From the NCBI GenBank assembly GCA_040437565.1, contig JBDOQK010000002.1, positions 992,001-1,056,000 of the forward strand: a stretch of 64,000 bases of DNA, given 5' to 3'. This stretch comes from Albugo candida (taxonomy: Eukaryota). Of the stretch, positions 1 through 13,832 are shown in pieces. The notes beneath the pieces are model-generated. The model was not told where the DNA came from and ran no database searches. It saw only the letters and a list, made by a program, of their open reading frames with translations. The translations under genes were made by a program, and so were the position numbers. Each line of letters begins with the position of its first letter. Position 1 is the stretch's first letter.

Positions 1-3000
1 AGATATCGAATTTGGTGCCCACAAACAGAGCTTTATTGATTTCTTTCAGAATTTTGCATCCAGGTGATCCGATTATTAATCTCAAAAGTGCCAAACATAA
101 CCAATTATTGCCATTATGCTCAGAAAAGCTCACAAAACTAAGACTTCTTTCAAACAAGATCAGAAAGAGACTTACAAACTCGGTAAGGCTATCAGGAAGA
201 GCTTTCAACGAAGTCACTCTATCATCTACAATGGAATAGGTTCCCAACGAATGCTTGAAGAGATTGCTGACGACAAAGATGCTGTTTTTGATGAATCCAA
301 TTGGAAGATCGAACGCGGTTGGGAGAACTGGTCGGGAAGTGCCAACGCAACGCAATCAGCAAACTTGAACTTTGGCTCAAATGCCGGCGATGAATTGATG
401 AGACTCGACTTGAAGCTTTCAGATTGTAACATAAGTGATTTGTTGCCCGATTCGCAAGATGTATTGCTAGGAGATCAAGATATAGTAGAGGTATTGACAT
501 ACCACATGCTTCACTAAACGAGAGACACATCTATTTATTTTTGACAAAAGGAGATGATCAAAGCACTATCTGGAGTTGAATCGGTCTTATTGAGACGTAA
601 TCTTACTTCAGCGACATTTGAACTTCCGTCTTATCGAATCAAAGTACTGACTGGATCCAACAAAAGCATTACTTCCGCACTAGAGGTGATACATGCTTTC
701 ACCCGTGAAAATACAAGTTCAGAAATCATCTCTTTACCAGGATATTCGCACTACTGCCACCAATGTTTTTCGACTGGACCTCCTCGCTTTATTTCTAGTA
801 CAGAACCCAGAAAAGATGGGAAAAACGGCCATTGAATTAGGAAGGTGTATACGATCATACCTTCGGGCTTACCAGGTTCCAAAAGCACACATTTTTTTCT
901 TCAAAGCTATCTGAATGAAGAATTGTTGTGAGCACAGTCAAAATTGCAGACTATTTTGCAGCAGAATGAACCAACGCTGAGCGGCATACTCTTTTACACA
1001 AAGTCGATCCGGGCACAGATACAATACATTGCAGGACTTTTCCAGTGTGATGGAAGTGAATTCTGGTGCTTGCTACATGGTAGGGTGTTTTTTGGAGTAA
1101 TAGTAATTCTCACACCATTCACAGTCTGTTTTGTCCACAGGCATGTTTCCTCGAGGAGCGGAAATATTGAATTGTTTACATACAGAGCTCATCAATTTGG
1201 AGCGTACGAATGGAAGCTGGCGGCAACTGTCTCTTGTCACGTGGCTTATGAAGAATACAATAAAGCCATATCTTGAACTCCTATGGGAGCTAATTTCGAA
1301 TGGTACCATAGCATCCACCAGCGATCCACATGTGAGTATCTTGCATCAGAAGTCAATAATTGTGATGTTCAAGTCTTAAAACATGAAAAATAGGATGAAT
1401 TTCTAATCAGCACTTGGAGCCGTGAATATTTGAACGCTGAAAGCTCTAAGACATTCAACTCGACATTTCTCAGTACACCAGACTCTGGCATACGACAAAA
1501 TTTATTCCCTAATATTTTGACCGCTAAATTGGCATCCGATATAATTTTCCTGAGCAAAGCTCATCATTTACTGCCACCGGCCTTTCGAATCACTCGATTT
1601 CTACAAACAAGCTTATTCGAGGTTTGAGAAGAATTATGGAAAGTTGTGCCATGACTGATGCTGCATATCGATCAGCTACCTCTCATAGACATTGATTCGA
1701 GTTGGAGGGCCCGTCAGCAACATATGCAAGCGCTGGCTGAGCTCAATAAAATGAATCACGAAGACCATTTATCCAAGCACATGCAATATGGAAAGATCGA
1801 GGAACCAGAAGTTCGATGTGATTCAGGGCCCGCTAGATCCGCTGGACACAAGCGCGCACTGAGTTTTTCCCACCAAACAACGGTAAGGCATCTTATAACT
1901 CTGCATTCCGAGTGGTGTGCTCAAGTCAATTAGCTATCTACGAAGAGGCAGCGACACCATAAGCAATGCAAAAGGAATTCTCAGCATAATGCGTCTCATC
2001 AAGGAAATGCTAATATGCAACCCAACGGACTCGAAACGGCTTCCATGGATGCTATCCGATCAGAGTTTGTGACACTCACATCTATGTTATCGATTTATTT
2101 GCAGTAACTTCTTCGCTTAGCTGTACTGAAACGATAGTAGCCGAGAAAACAGGTACATTCTAACGTATTGTAGTATTGCATGTCTGATTTCTGTCCTCAG
2201 ATCAAGACGACGCCGTCGGAAATGTCGTACCTTCACCGGAAAACTCTGCATCAGCTGAGATTACTTCAACTACTTCAGATGCCTTACAAGTTGGAGCATT
2301 ATCGGCACTTCCTAGTGTTGACATGAAGAGTATTCTCCAATTCAACGAAGAGCTTGTATCGGACTCAAACATCGTGATAGATACGATATCACTACCCTCG
2401 GTTACAAGAGAAGAGACTAGCAAGTTTGAGAATTCCTTACCCACATTCGATCTGACGACAAGTAAAGGAAAAGCGAAATCTAGCCCATCGGCAGGAATGG
2501 AGAAGCCCAGTTCATCTGAAGAGAAGACAATGCATTCCAACCAAATCGACATTGGGGATAAAGAAAACCAACCGTTTGTAAGCAAAGAATACCATCATTT
2601 TCATTTGTTGGGTATGTCATCCGAGGACAAAGCGAATCCCCGATACTTCTTCCACATGAAATCGGATGTGGAAGAAGAACGTGTTCTTGAGTCAATATTG
2701 GACCAGGTATTCATACAATTTGAGTAAAAGCATATACTGGAATTGACATATCTTTTGCTGCTGCTGTAGAGTGCAGCTCCCACGTATTTGATGCCATCCG
2801 AACTGTTCGTCGATTCGTTTGTCGGTTGGACGGTTGCAAAGTTACGAGATTTTACCGAAATTGATATCGTCAAATTCATCTTAGAAACGATGAACTTGAG
2901 GAAGCATCTGGAATGGCTACATAAGTTCATGCTGATGTCCGAAAGTAAGTCACAACCTTTTCTGCTTCTCATTCATTCTATCTCAAACGTTGAACAGGCC

Positions 3001-4090
3001 TATGCATGGAACTTTTGACTCAAGACATCTATACTAGGCTATTCTCATCGTCTCGGGGCATATCAATGTTAGACAGATCGTTAAACTTGATGTTACAGGT
3101 TGCTCTCATGGAGACAAATCTGAATGATGAAGATATGACGAAATGCTTCAGTTACTCTGTCGACATAGCCGCTAGAGGTCCGTTTCATGACTTATTTTTC
3201 AGAAATAAAGACTCAACATGGCATCTTAGCTTTATTTGAAAATCCAACAGCTCTCACAATTGCGGAAATCGTATCAAAGATTCAGCTGTCATACGAACCA
3301 CTATGGCCATTGCACCTAATCATAACACCATCTTCAATGCGAACATACAACAAAATTCATCAGTTTCTTCTTCATTTGAAGCTCACAAAGCATCAGCTTG
3401 AAGACGTCGGGAGACACGTTCGACGGATCTCGCCACATTTGAATAATGCGGCGGATACCAAAGCTTTGCGGCACCTGGAGATCGTGATGTACAAGATTAG
3501 GCATATATTGTCAGCAGTACATGCGTTTTTCGTTACAAACGTTCGTGCATGGTTGATTGTTGACGTTTATCCCTGACCTCATGTGATGATTAGGTTCTAT
3601 TGCTGAAAGCACGACGATTATATCAAACTATCTCGACCTTCAAAGAGCTCAAGCTCATCTGTCAGGCTCATGAGCTTTTCGTTCACAATGTCAGTGAGTC
3701 ATGCTTCTTGGGTCCTTGCACGAATTCCATCAAGGTGAGTGAAATCGGCGCTAGTAGTTTCCAACAGGAGGCACACTTTTTGTCTGTAGATACACAGCAA
3801 ACTTCTTCGCATCTTCGACTTCGCGTGGCGACTATCGAGCTTGAAAACAGCAGCAACACTTCATCTGGACTACAATATGGCAGAAATGCACCAGAGCTTG
3901 AATAGCGCTTCGAGAGACCTTATACAAACTCTTCAGAGTGTTGACAATAATGAGAATTCAACAATCAATAATGCAGCACAGGTGAGTAGGCACATTAGAA
4001 TCTATCCCGTGGTTGATTGAATGAGTTATTACAATTCATTAGGAATTATTGGTACGCTTTGATCTGACTCTAACGCATCAAGCTACTTGA
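1..4090 (+). CDS. TUBGCP6: Partial duplicate copy of gamma-tubulin complex component 6 gene (probable assembly duplicate of 6123-10212)
   Basis: 1-5288 matches 6123-11410 at offset 6122, with identical ORF translations, and ends at the 100-N gap 5289-5388. Confidence 0.7.
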
Positions 4091-4242
4091 GCGTCTATAC
4101 TATGCTTACGGTACGAATAAAATGAGCACGAAAGTTCACATTCGAATGAGCTATAGAGATAACTGATTTATTTTTACTCGAAATATATGTATGATATTTG
4201 CTATTCGGAAAAATAACACATTGTAAATATCGCACTTCGAAT

Positions 4243-5288
4243 ATGGCAACGAGTGAGGAGTTTGCGATTCTTAAACAAGGGTACCTCCACAAGCAGGTAC
4301 GAAGAGGATTCATCCGCATCGAGCATGTATCTATCATTCAATGGGCTAGAGTCGACATCTCAAAGTATGGAAAATTCGGTATTTTTCATTAACTCGGGTA
4401 CCAAGCCAAGCAGTATAAGTAAAATGTCTATTATCTGATCGAATACTCATGATAGACTCACCTGCTCTACTCCAAACGTTCCGGGAAAGCTCCGAAAGCT
4501 GCAATCTTATTGAAAGAAGTGCAAGTTGTATGTACGCATTGCAAGGATCACATGCGCCATTGTTACAGTTGTCTTTGTGGAATAGCATGAGGATCAAAAC
4601 AAGGTACTTCACCCTGGGAATTTCGTATTCGAAGTACAGACAGCTACCGAACATCGATATTACCTCAGTGCCGCAACAGAATTGGAAAGAATAGCATGGC
4701 TTACGGAAATTCGCGCCTCACAATCACATCATACGTGCATAGTAAACAACTCCAATATCTCCTTTGAAAGTGCACATACATGGTCGACTGTCATCAAGGG
4801 GGACACACGGAAGCAGCGAAACAAATTGTCGAAAACTCGGAAGGAAGAGCGAAAGCGTGTCAAATTGAGAAGAATGAGCAAGTCCTTTACAGATACCTGG
4901 ATCGAAGATATTTTGCCCCGGCCTATGCCTAGTGATACAAAATCGGTTGTAGCACTCTGTTTTGCTGGGATTCCAAAGGAGTTACGAGGACGAGTCTGGG
5001 GATGGTTGCTCGGGAACAAACTCCAAATCAACGAGGAGTTATTTCGAATCTGCAAAGATAGAGCCGAAGCGGTGCGATCCGAGATTGCTTTGCAAAAAGA
5101 AGTGGACGCGATTATGAAACTATCGGCTGGTCCCTCTACCTTGGCTACACAATCCACAAATTTCTCAGAGGACGAGTCAGACGATGCAAAGGTATCTCCA
5201 TCGACCACCAGGTTATCTACGCCATGTTTGACCACAAGTGAGAACGAAGATATTGATCTGGTCAAGTTATCAGCGCCTTCTAAAACAC
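4243..5288 (+). CDS. Partial duplicate of PH+TBC RabGAP gene, truncated by N gap (probable assembly duplicate)
   Basis: Matches 10365-11410 and runs into the gap. Confidence 0.65.
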
Positions 5289-5388
5289 NNNNNNNNNNNN
5301 NNNNNNNNNNNNNNNNNNNNNNNNNNNNNNNNNNNNNNNNNNNNNNNNNNNNNNNNNNNNNNNNNNNNNNNNNNNNNNNNNNNNNNNN
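5289..5388. other. 100-N scaffold gap (others at 15467-15566, 25476-25575, 26672-26771, 28660-28759, 34836-34935, 40050-40149, 57967-58066, 61815-61914)
   Basis: Runs of exactly 100 N. Confidence 0.99.
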
Positions 5389-8300
5389 AGTAAAGAGAAT
5401 GATTATGAATTCATGATTTCCCTGCAACGGTGTTATCGCAAACTGAAAGAAAATCCATCGAGGACGTAAGCATCTGATCACAATCGACATTCGACCTGAG
5501 TCATCAACTGTCTCGCAGTTTTTGCAATGCGTTAGAGCACGGAAAAAGTGCTGAGAATCTTGCCTTTATACTGCCCGATATTTTTGCACGTGAGCGTAGT
5601 AATCAAATCTTGTGGTCAAATGTTTTGAGCTGTGACTACCATTCCATTTCAGTCTCCGATGATATCCAGCTACAAGATCCAATAAAATTACTCGTTGCAT
5701 TGAACGGCTCGATAGATGGTTCTTCGGAGGTTTTTGTTAAAGCTATCTTGTGCGTATGCTTATGGTTCACGTGCATTGATTATCACAGCCTACACAATCT
5801 TCAGAAATGTTCACTTCACAGAATAATGAACCGACTTTTTATTATCACAATGATTTTATACAAGCGTCATTTCGACCAGGGAGTCCTTGGTAGTCGTCAG
5901 TTGACTTGATGGCCAAGTTCTCTGTAGTCTTACATATTATTCACATAGTGGAGGAATATGCAATATTGGAGAGGAAAAGGAGCGCGATCGAATTTGGAAT
6001 GTTTCCAATGGAAATGGAACAAATTATTTTTACAGGCAAGCCTCCTATATCAAGGTAAAAAGTAGCCACTACGAATTTTCACGAATTAGCTCACGGGCGA
6101 CGGAACCTTGCTAGACAGAAGAAGATATCGAATTTGGTGCCCACAAACAGAGCTTTATTGATTTCTTTCAGAATTTTGCATCCAGGTGATCCGATTATTA
6201 ATCTCAAAAGTGCCAAACATAACCAATTATTGCCATTATGCTCAGAAAAGCTCACAAAACTAAGACTTCTTTCAAACAAGATCAGAAAGAGACTTACAAA
6301 CTCGGTAAGGCTATCAGGAAGAGCTTTCAACGAAGTCACTCTATCATCTACAATGGAATAGGTTCCCAACGAATGCTTGAAGAGATTGCTGACGACAAAG
6401 ATGCTGTTTTTGATGAATCCAATTGGAAGATCGAACGCGGTTGGGAGAACTGGTCGGGAAGTGCCAACGCAACGCAATCAGCAAACTTGAACTTTGGCTC
6501 AAATGCCGGCGATGAATTGATGAGACTCGACTTGAAGCTTTCAGATTGTAACATAAGTGATTTGTTGCCCGATTCGCAAGATGTATTGCTAGGAGATCAA
6601 GATATAGTAGAGGTATTGACATACCACATGCTTCACTAAACGAGAGACACATCTATTTATTTTTGACAAAAGGAGATGATCAAAGCACTATCTGGAGTTG
6701 AATCGGTCTTATTGAGACGTAATCTTACTTCAGCGACATTTGAACTTCCGTCTTATCGAATCAAAGTACTGACTGGATCCAACAAAAGCATTACTTCCGC
6801 ACTAGAGGTGATACATGCTTTCACCCGTGAAAATACAAGTTCAGAAATCATCTCTTTACCAGGATATTCGCACTACTGCCACCAATGTTTTTCGACTGGA
6901 CCTCCTCGCTTTATTTCTAGTACAGAACCCAGAAAAGATGGGAAAAACGGCCATTGAATTAGGAAGGTGTATACGATCATACCTTCGGGCTTACCAGGTT
7001 CCAAAAGCACACATTTTTTTCTTCAAAGCTATCTGAATGAAGAATTGTTGTGAGCACAGTCAAAATTGCAGACTATTTTGCAGCAGAATGAACCAACGCT
7101 GAGCGGCATACTCTTTTACACAAAGTCGATCCGGGCACAGATACAATACATTGCAGGACTTTTCCAGTGTGATGGAAGTGAATTCTGGTGCTTGCTACAT
7201 GGTAGGGTGTTTTTTGGAGTAATAGTAATTCTCACACCATTCACAGTCTGTTTTGTCCACAGGCATGTTTCCTCGAGGAGCGGAAATATTGAATTGTTTA
7301 CATACAGAGCTCATCAATTTGGAGCGTACGAATGGAAGCTGGCGGCAACTGTCTCTTGTCACGTGGCTTATGAAGAATACAATAAAGCCATATCTTGAAC
7401 TCCTATGGGAGCTAATTTCGAATGGTACCATAGCATCCACCAGCGATCCACATGTGAGTATCTTGCATCAGAAGTCAATAATTGTGATGTTCAAGTCTTA
7501 AAACATGAAAAATAGGATGAATTTCTAATCAGCACTTGGAGCCGTGAATATTTGAACGCTGAAAGCTCTAAGACATTCAACTCGACATTTCTCAGTACAC
7601 CAGACTCTGGCATACGACAAAATTTATTCCCTAATATTTTGACCGCTAAATTGGCATCCGATATAATTTTCCTGAGCAAAGCTCATCATTTACTGCCACC
7701 GGCCTTTCGAATCACTCGATTTCTACAAACAAGCTTATTCGAGGTTTGAGAAGAATTATGGAAAGTTGTGCCATGACTGATGCTGCATATCGATCAGCTA
7801 CCTCTCATAGACATTGATTCGAGTTGGAGGGCCCGTCAGCAACATATGCAAGCGCTGGCTGAGCTCAATAAAATGAATCACGAAGACCATTTATCCAAGC
7901 ACATGCAATATGGAAAGATCGAGGAACCAGAAGTTCGATGTGATTCAGGGCCCGCTAGATCCGCTGGACACAAGCGCGCACTGAGTTTTTCCCACCAAAC
8001 AACGGTAAGGCATCTTATAACTCTGCATTCCGAGTGGTGTGCTCAAGTCAATTAGCTATCTACGAAGAGGCAGCGACACCATAAGCAATGCAAAAGGAAT
8101 TCTCAGCATAATGCGTCTCATCAAGGAAATGCTAATATGCAACCCAACGGACTCGAAACGGCTTCCATGGATGCTATCCGATCAGAGTTTGTGACACTCA
8201 CATCTATGTTATCGATTTATTTGCAGTAACTTCTTCGCTTAGCTGTACTGAAACGATAGTAGCCGAGAAAACAGGTACATTCTAACGTATTGTAGTATTG

Positions 8301-10212
8301 CATGTCTGATTTCTGTCCTCAGATCAAGACGACGCCGTCGGAAATGTCGTACCTTCACCGGAAAACTCTGCATCAGCTGAGATTACTTCAACTACTTCAG
8401 ATGCCTTACAAGTTGGAGCATTATCGGCACTTCCTAGTGTTGACATGAAGAGTATTCTCCAATTCAACGAAGAGCTTGTATCGGACTCAAACATCGTGAT
8501 AGATACGATATCACTACCCTCGGTTACAAGAGAAGAGACTAGCAAGTTTGAGAATTCCTTACCCACATTCGATCTGACGACAAGTAAAGGAAAAGCGAAA
8601 TCTAGCCCATCGGCAGGAATGGAGAAGCCCAGTTCATCTGAAGAGAAGACAATGCATTCCAACCAAATCGACATTGGGGATAAAGAAAACCAACCGTTTG
8701 TAAGCAAAGAATACCATCATTTTCATTTGTTGGGTATGTCATCCGAGGACAAAGCGAATCCCCGATACTTCTTCCACATGAAATCGGATGTGGAAGAAGA
8801 ACGTGTTCTTGAGTCAATATTGGACCAGGTATTCATACAATTTGAGTAAAAGCATATACTGGAATTGACATATCTTTTGCTGCTGCTGTAGAGTGCAGCT
8901 CCCACGTATTTGATGCCATCCGAACTGTTCGTCGATTCGTTTGTCGGTTGGACGGTTGCAAAGTTACGAGATTTTACCGAAATTGATATCGTCAAATTCA
9001 TCTTAGAAACGATGAACTTGAGGAAGCATCTGGAATGGCTACATAAGTTCATGCTGATGTCCGAAAGTAAGTCACAACCTTTTCTGCTTCTCATTCATTC
9101 TATCTCAAACGTTGAACAGGCCTATGCATGGAACTTTTGACTCAAGACATCTATACTAGGCTATTCTCATCGTCTCGGGGCATATCAATGTTAGACAGAT
9201 CGTTAAACTTGATGTTACAGGTTGCTCTCATGGAGACAAATCTGAATGATGAAGATATGACGAAATGCTTCAGTTACTCTGTCGACATAGCCGCTAGAGG
9301 TCCGTTTCATGACTTATTTTTCAGAAATAAAGACTCAACATGGCATCTTAGCTTTATTTGAAAATCCAACAGCTCTCACAATTGCGGAAATCGTATCAAA
9401 GATTCAGCTGTCATACGAACCACTATGGCCATTGCACCTAATCATAACACCATCTTCAATGCGAACATACAACAAAATTCATCAGTTTCTTCTTCATTTG
9501 AAGCTCACAAAGCATCAGCTTGAAGACGTCGGGAGACACGTTCGACGGATCTCGCCACATTTGAATAATGCGGCGGATACCAAAGCTTTGCGGCACCTGG
9601 AGATCGTGATGTACAAGATTAGGCATATATTGTCAGCAGTACATGCGTTTTTCGTTACAAACGTTCGTGCATGGTTGATTGTTGACGTTTATCCCTGACC
9701 TCATGTGATGATTAGGTTCTATTGCTGAAAGCACGACGATTATATCAAACTATCTCGACCTTCAAAGAGCTCAAGCTCATCTGTCAGGCTCATGAGCTTT
9801 TCGTTCACAATGTCAGTGAGTCATGCTTCTTGGGTCCTTGCACGAATTCCATCAAGGTGAGTGAAATCGGCGCTAGTAGTTTCCAACAGGAGGCACACTT
9901 TTTGTCTGTAGATACACAGCAAACTTCTTCGCATCTTCGACTTCGCGTGGCGACTATCGAGCTTGAAAACAGCAGCAACACTTCATCTGGACTACAATAT
10001 GGCAGAAATGCACCAGAGCTTGAATAGCGCTTCGAGAGACCTTATACAAACTCTTCAGAGTGTTGACAATAATGAGAATTCAACAATCAATAATGCAGCA
10101 CAGGTGAGTAGGCACATTAGAATCTATCCCGTGGTTGATTGAATGAGTTATTACAATTCATTAGGAATTATTGGTACGCTTTGATCTGACTCTAACGCAT
10201 CAAGCTACTTGA
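5389..10212 (+). CDS. TUBGCP6: Gamma-tubulin complex component 6 (Spc97/Spc98 GRIP family), multi-exon; 5' end uncertain and probably in or before the gap
   Basis: Exon peptides FPRGAEILNCLH...TIKPYLELLWELISNG, LRKHLEWLHKFMLMSE, YEPLWPLHLIITPSSMRTYNKIHQFLLHLKL, ICQAHELFVHNVSESCFL and terminal ELLVRFD resemble GCP6 GRIP1/GRIP2 segments. There is a long low-complexity insert between the GRIP domains. Short GT-AG introns; stop TGA at 10210-10212. Confidence 0.8.
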
Positions 10213-10364
10213 GCGTCTATACTATGCTTACGGTACGAATAAAATGAGCACGAAAGTTCACATTCGAATGAGCTATAGAGATAACTGATTTATTTTTACT
10301 CGAAATATATGTATGATATTTGCTATTCGGAAAAATAACACATTGTAAATATCGCACTTCGAAT

Positions 10365-12505
10365 ATGGCAACGAGTGAGGAGTTTGCGATTCTTAAACAA
10401 GGGTACCTCCACAAGCAGGTACGAAGAGGATTCATCCGCATCGAGCATGTATCTATCATTCAATGGGCTAGAGTCGACATCTCAAAGTATGGAAAATTCG
10501 GTATTTTTCATTAACTCGGGTACCAAGCCAAGCAGTATAAGTAAAATGTCTATTATCTGATCGAATACTCATGATAGACTCACCTGCTCTACTCCAAACG
10601 TTCCGGGAAAGCTCCGAAAGCTGCAATCTTATTGAAAGAAGTGCAAGTTGTATGTACGCATTGCAAGGATCACATGCGCCATTGTTACAGTTGTCTTTGT
10701 GGAATAGCATGAGGATCAAAACAAGGTACTTCACCCTGGGAATTTCGTATTCGAAGTACAGACAGCTACCGAACATCGATATTACCTCAGTGCCGCAACA
10801 GAATTGGAAAGAATAGCATGGCTTACGGAAATTCGCGCCTCACAATCACATCATACGTGCATAGTAAACAACTCCAATATCTCCTTTGAAAGTGCACATA
10901 CATGGTCGACTGTCATCAAGGGGGACACACGGAAGCAGCGAAACAAATTGTCGAAAACTCGGAAGGAAGAGCGAAAGCGTGTCAAATTGAGAAGAATGAG
11001 CAAGTCCTTTACAGATACCTGGATCGAAGATATTTTGCCCCGGCCTATGCCTAGTGATACAAAATCGGTTGTAGCACTCTGTTTTGCTGGGATTCCAAAG
11101 GAGTTACGAGGACGAGTCTGGGGATGGTTGCTCGGGAACAAACTCCAAATCAACGAGGAGTTATTTCGAATCTGCAAAGATAGAGCCGAAGCGGTGCGAT
11201 CCGAGATTGCTTTGCAAAAAGAAGTGGACGCGATTATGAAACTATCGGCTGGTCCCTCTACCTTGGCTACACAATCCACAAATTTCTCAGAGGACGAGTC
11301 AGACGATGCAAAGGTATCTCCATCGACCACCAGGTTATCTACGCCATGTTTGACCACAAGTGAGAACGAAGATATTGATCTGGTCAAGTTATCAGCGCCT
11401 TCTAAAACACTGCAGAATCTTGCGGGTGTTGCTGAGAAATTAGTGGCGACATGCGAACGCAGTGTTTGGTTGGTAGATGTTGATATACATCGAACGTTTG
11501 CCTACCATCCAATGTTTCAAGAGGGCGGTCACGGAGCTGAACGCACACGTGAGGTGCTACACGCGTATATCTGTTACCGACCTGATCTTGGATATGTACA
11601 AGGTTTTGCTCTGCATCATTCAAGAGTATCAAATGAGCGCTGATTTTACTGACTCGACTATGCTTTTCCTTTAGGCATGAGTTATCTTGCTGCATCCATC
11701 TGCTTACACATGGAAACTTTTCCTGCATTTAAGGCGTTGTCAGCTCTCATGAGCACCAATCTTCTATTTGATATGTTTCGACTGCAAGAAAGAAGAGTAA
11801 GTGAGTACTTACCACAGCTAGCCCGCTTCATCGTTAAGCCGAGTATTGTGATCTTCTTCTAGACATTTCACTACCTCAACGCCTTTGACAGAATACTCAA
11901 GTATGAACTCCCTGATATACACGCTTACTTTCAATCGTCAGGCATCGATGTACAAATGTATGCAGTTGACTGGTATGTGACCCGCACATTTCTGGCGTAT
12001 TTTTTGCGATCATTTTTTCTTCTGTAAGGGCATTGACGCTGTTTACAAGATGCTTGCCATTAAATGTCGCGTTCCGGCTGTGGGATTGCTACCTTTGCAT
12101 TGGATCTGCATTTTTTTTTCAAGCGAGCATAGGTAAATTGTATTACTGCTCGACACTTATGTACTTGTGATTACAAACTCTATGCGATTATGAAAAAATA
12201 AGCATTATTGAAGGTTCACAAGAAAATGTTTTTAGAATTGGATGAAGCAGCAGTGATGCGACTACTGCACAAGTTTCCATCGGTATATTAGCGACCCGAG
12301 GATGCATGTGAATTAACGCTCGAGCGTCGCTTTGTAGGATATCTCGACAGACGTGATATTTACAGCTTTACATGATGTGGCTTTATCGTGCGAAGAGATC
12401 AACGGAATCCTTTCCAGCGATGGGAACGACGACACTTTGACGCGGAGAGTCTGGTCTCCCGATTCATTTCGTCAAGTGGAGATAACTTTCCCGGATACTT
12501 ACTAA
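10365..12505 (+). CDS. PH-domain + TBC (Rab-GAP) domain protein, multi-exon
   Basis: Spliced N-terminus ILKQGYLHKQ/SRHLKVWKIRYFSLT is PH-like. TBC motifs: GIPKELRGRVWGWLLG, VDIHRTF (Arg finger), YVQG/MSYLAA (Gln finger), MYAVDW/ALTLFTR, LWDCYL. Last exon 12338-12505 ends in TAA. Confidence 0.85.
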
Positions 12506-12553
12506 ATGGCTGTGACACACTATTTTGGAAAAATTATCGTCCAGGCAATCACG

Positions 12554-13606
12554 ATGACGAAGACTTTGAGTGATTCCAGCGTTTTTGTGGCTTACCAACG
12601 GCAAGCTGAATCAGACACAAGCAGCAATGAAGAAGAAAATCCTGTACATACGAAACTAAAGCCCAAGCCCAGGAAAAAGAATCGAAAGAAGAAAGCCAGG
12701 TCTTGTTGAATTCGCGCAAGAATTTGCGTCTACTCAATCCCTTCTAGTGAGAAGACATTACTGAAGGAGCTAGCAATGTGCAAAATGGATAACAAAAAAG
12801 GAACTAAGAATACAGCTGTTAGGAAGCCATCCAAAGAGCCGGATGCTACTAATGTCACTGCGAATACAGCAGATTACATAGCGCCGAAAATACAAGACAG
12901 CCATCGCATTCAAGTGAGTGGGCTCTTTACCGTCGTCTTTCTGTCGAATTCTGGTCGAAGTTTTACCGTGTTGTGGTGCGTGGTGACTTATAAGGCAAAG
13001 ATGGCAACATCGTTTGCAAAGGCAGAAAAAACAGAACTTGCGCCTTCGCCACCTCAGGTGAGAATCACATTTCTTCACCTTGGCTGCAGCCGTAGCGAAA
13101 AAATTTCAATTGTAATTTCGCATAGGATTTAGAGGCGTCAAGTGTATCAGCACACATGAGTGAGTTGCTACTCACTAAGAAGCAAAACGCACAGCTACTA
13201 GAAAATCAGCAAATTTTGATTGTACGTTTCGACGATCATTTTCAAGCTCCTTCTCACCAGTCTCGCATCATTCATATTTTGATTGCCCAGGAAGCAAATG
13301 CGAAGATAAACGAACAATATCGGCAAAGTCAAGGTACTTAAATGTGTAGTTGAATACCTGGAGTCTCTATTCACAAATATGTAGAGACGATCGCCAACCT
13401 CAGAGATGAGTTAATTTTTCTCCGTCAAATGTGCCTAAGTTCCCAAAACGAGGTACTTGTTCTCTTTAAGAATCGACATAGCTGACTCTATCACTGATTA
13501 GGTGTCCCTTCTCAAAGCTGCTAGCTCAACTCCTTCTGTGACCAATACAGATTCTCATGGTAATAGCAGAAAAATTCCTTGTCGTCCACCACCAGGAATA
13601 CTCTAG
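12554..13606 (+). CDS. Hypothetical multi-exon protein with basic NLS-like stretch and coiled-coil; start may be 12506
   Basis: Six GT-AG introns join ORF pieces in frame: KPRKKNRKKK, MSELLLTKKQNAQLLENQQILI/EANAKINEQYRQSQ/ETIANLRDELIFLRQ, ending RPPPGIL* (TAG 13604-13606). No recognisable family. Confidence 0.6.
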
Positions 13607-13832
13607 AATGCTCCATATATCGTTTAATATAAGCAGTCTATCCCTCGACTGTGCCTTATGTTCAGTATAAACGGTGATTCCCGCATGGAAACGAATATAA
13701 AAGGGCATCCGTGTGAATTTGCATATGTTGTACTCTAACGATTGCGTCAGCCTGCGATAGGCAAACGATCGTCAGCCTTAGCATCATTAAAAATCTTACT
13801 TCATATTATTGGATATACCAAAGACAGCCAAC

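Noticed and set aside
1..11410. Apparent 5.3-kb tandem duplication of TUBGCP6 and the PH-TBC gene
   Set aside because: The copies look identical, introns included, and the first ends exactly at a 100-N gap. This is the pattern of unmerged contig overlap; read depth would confirm.
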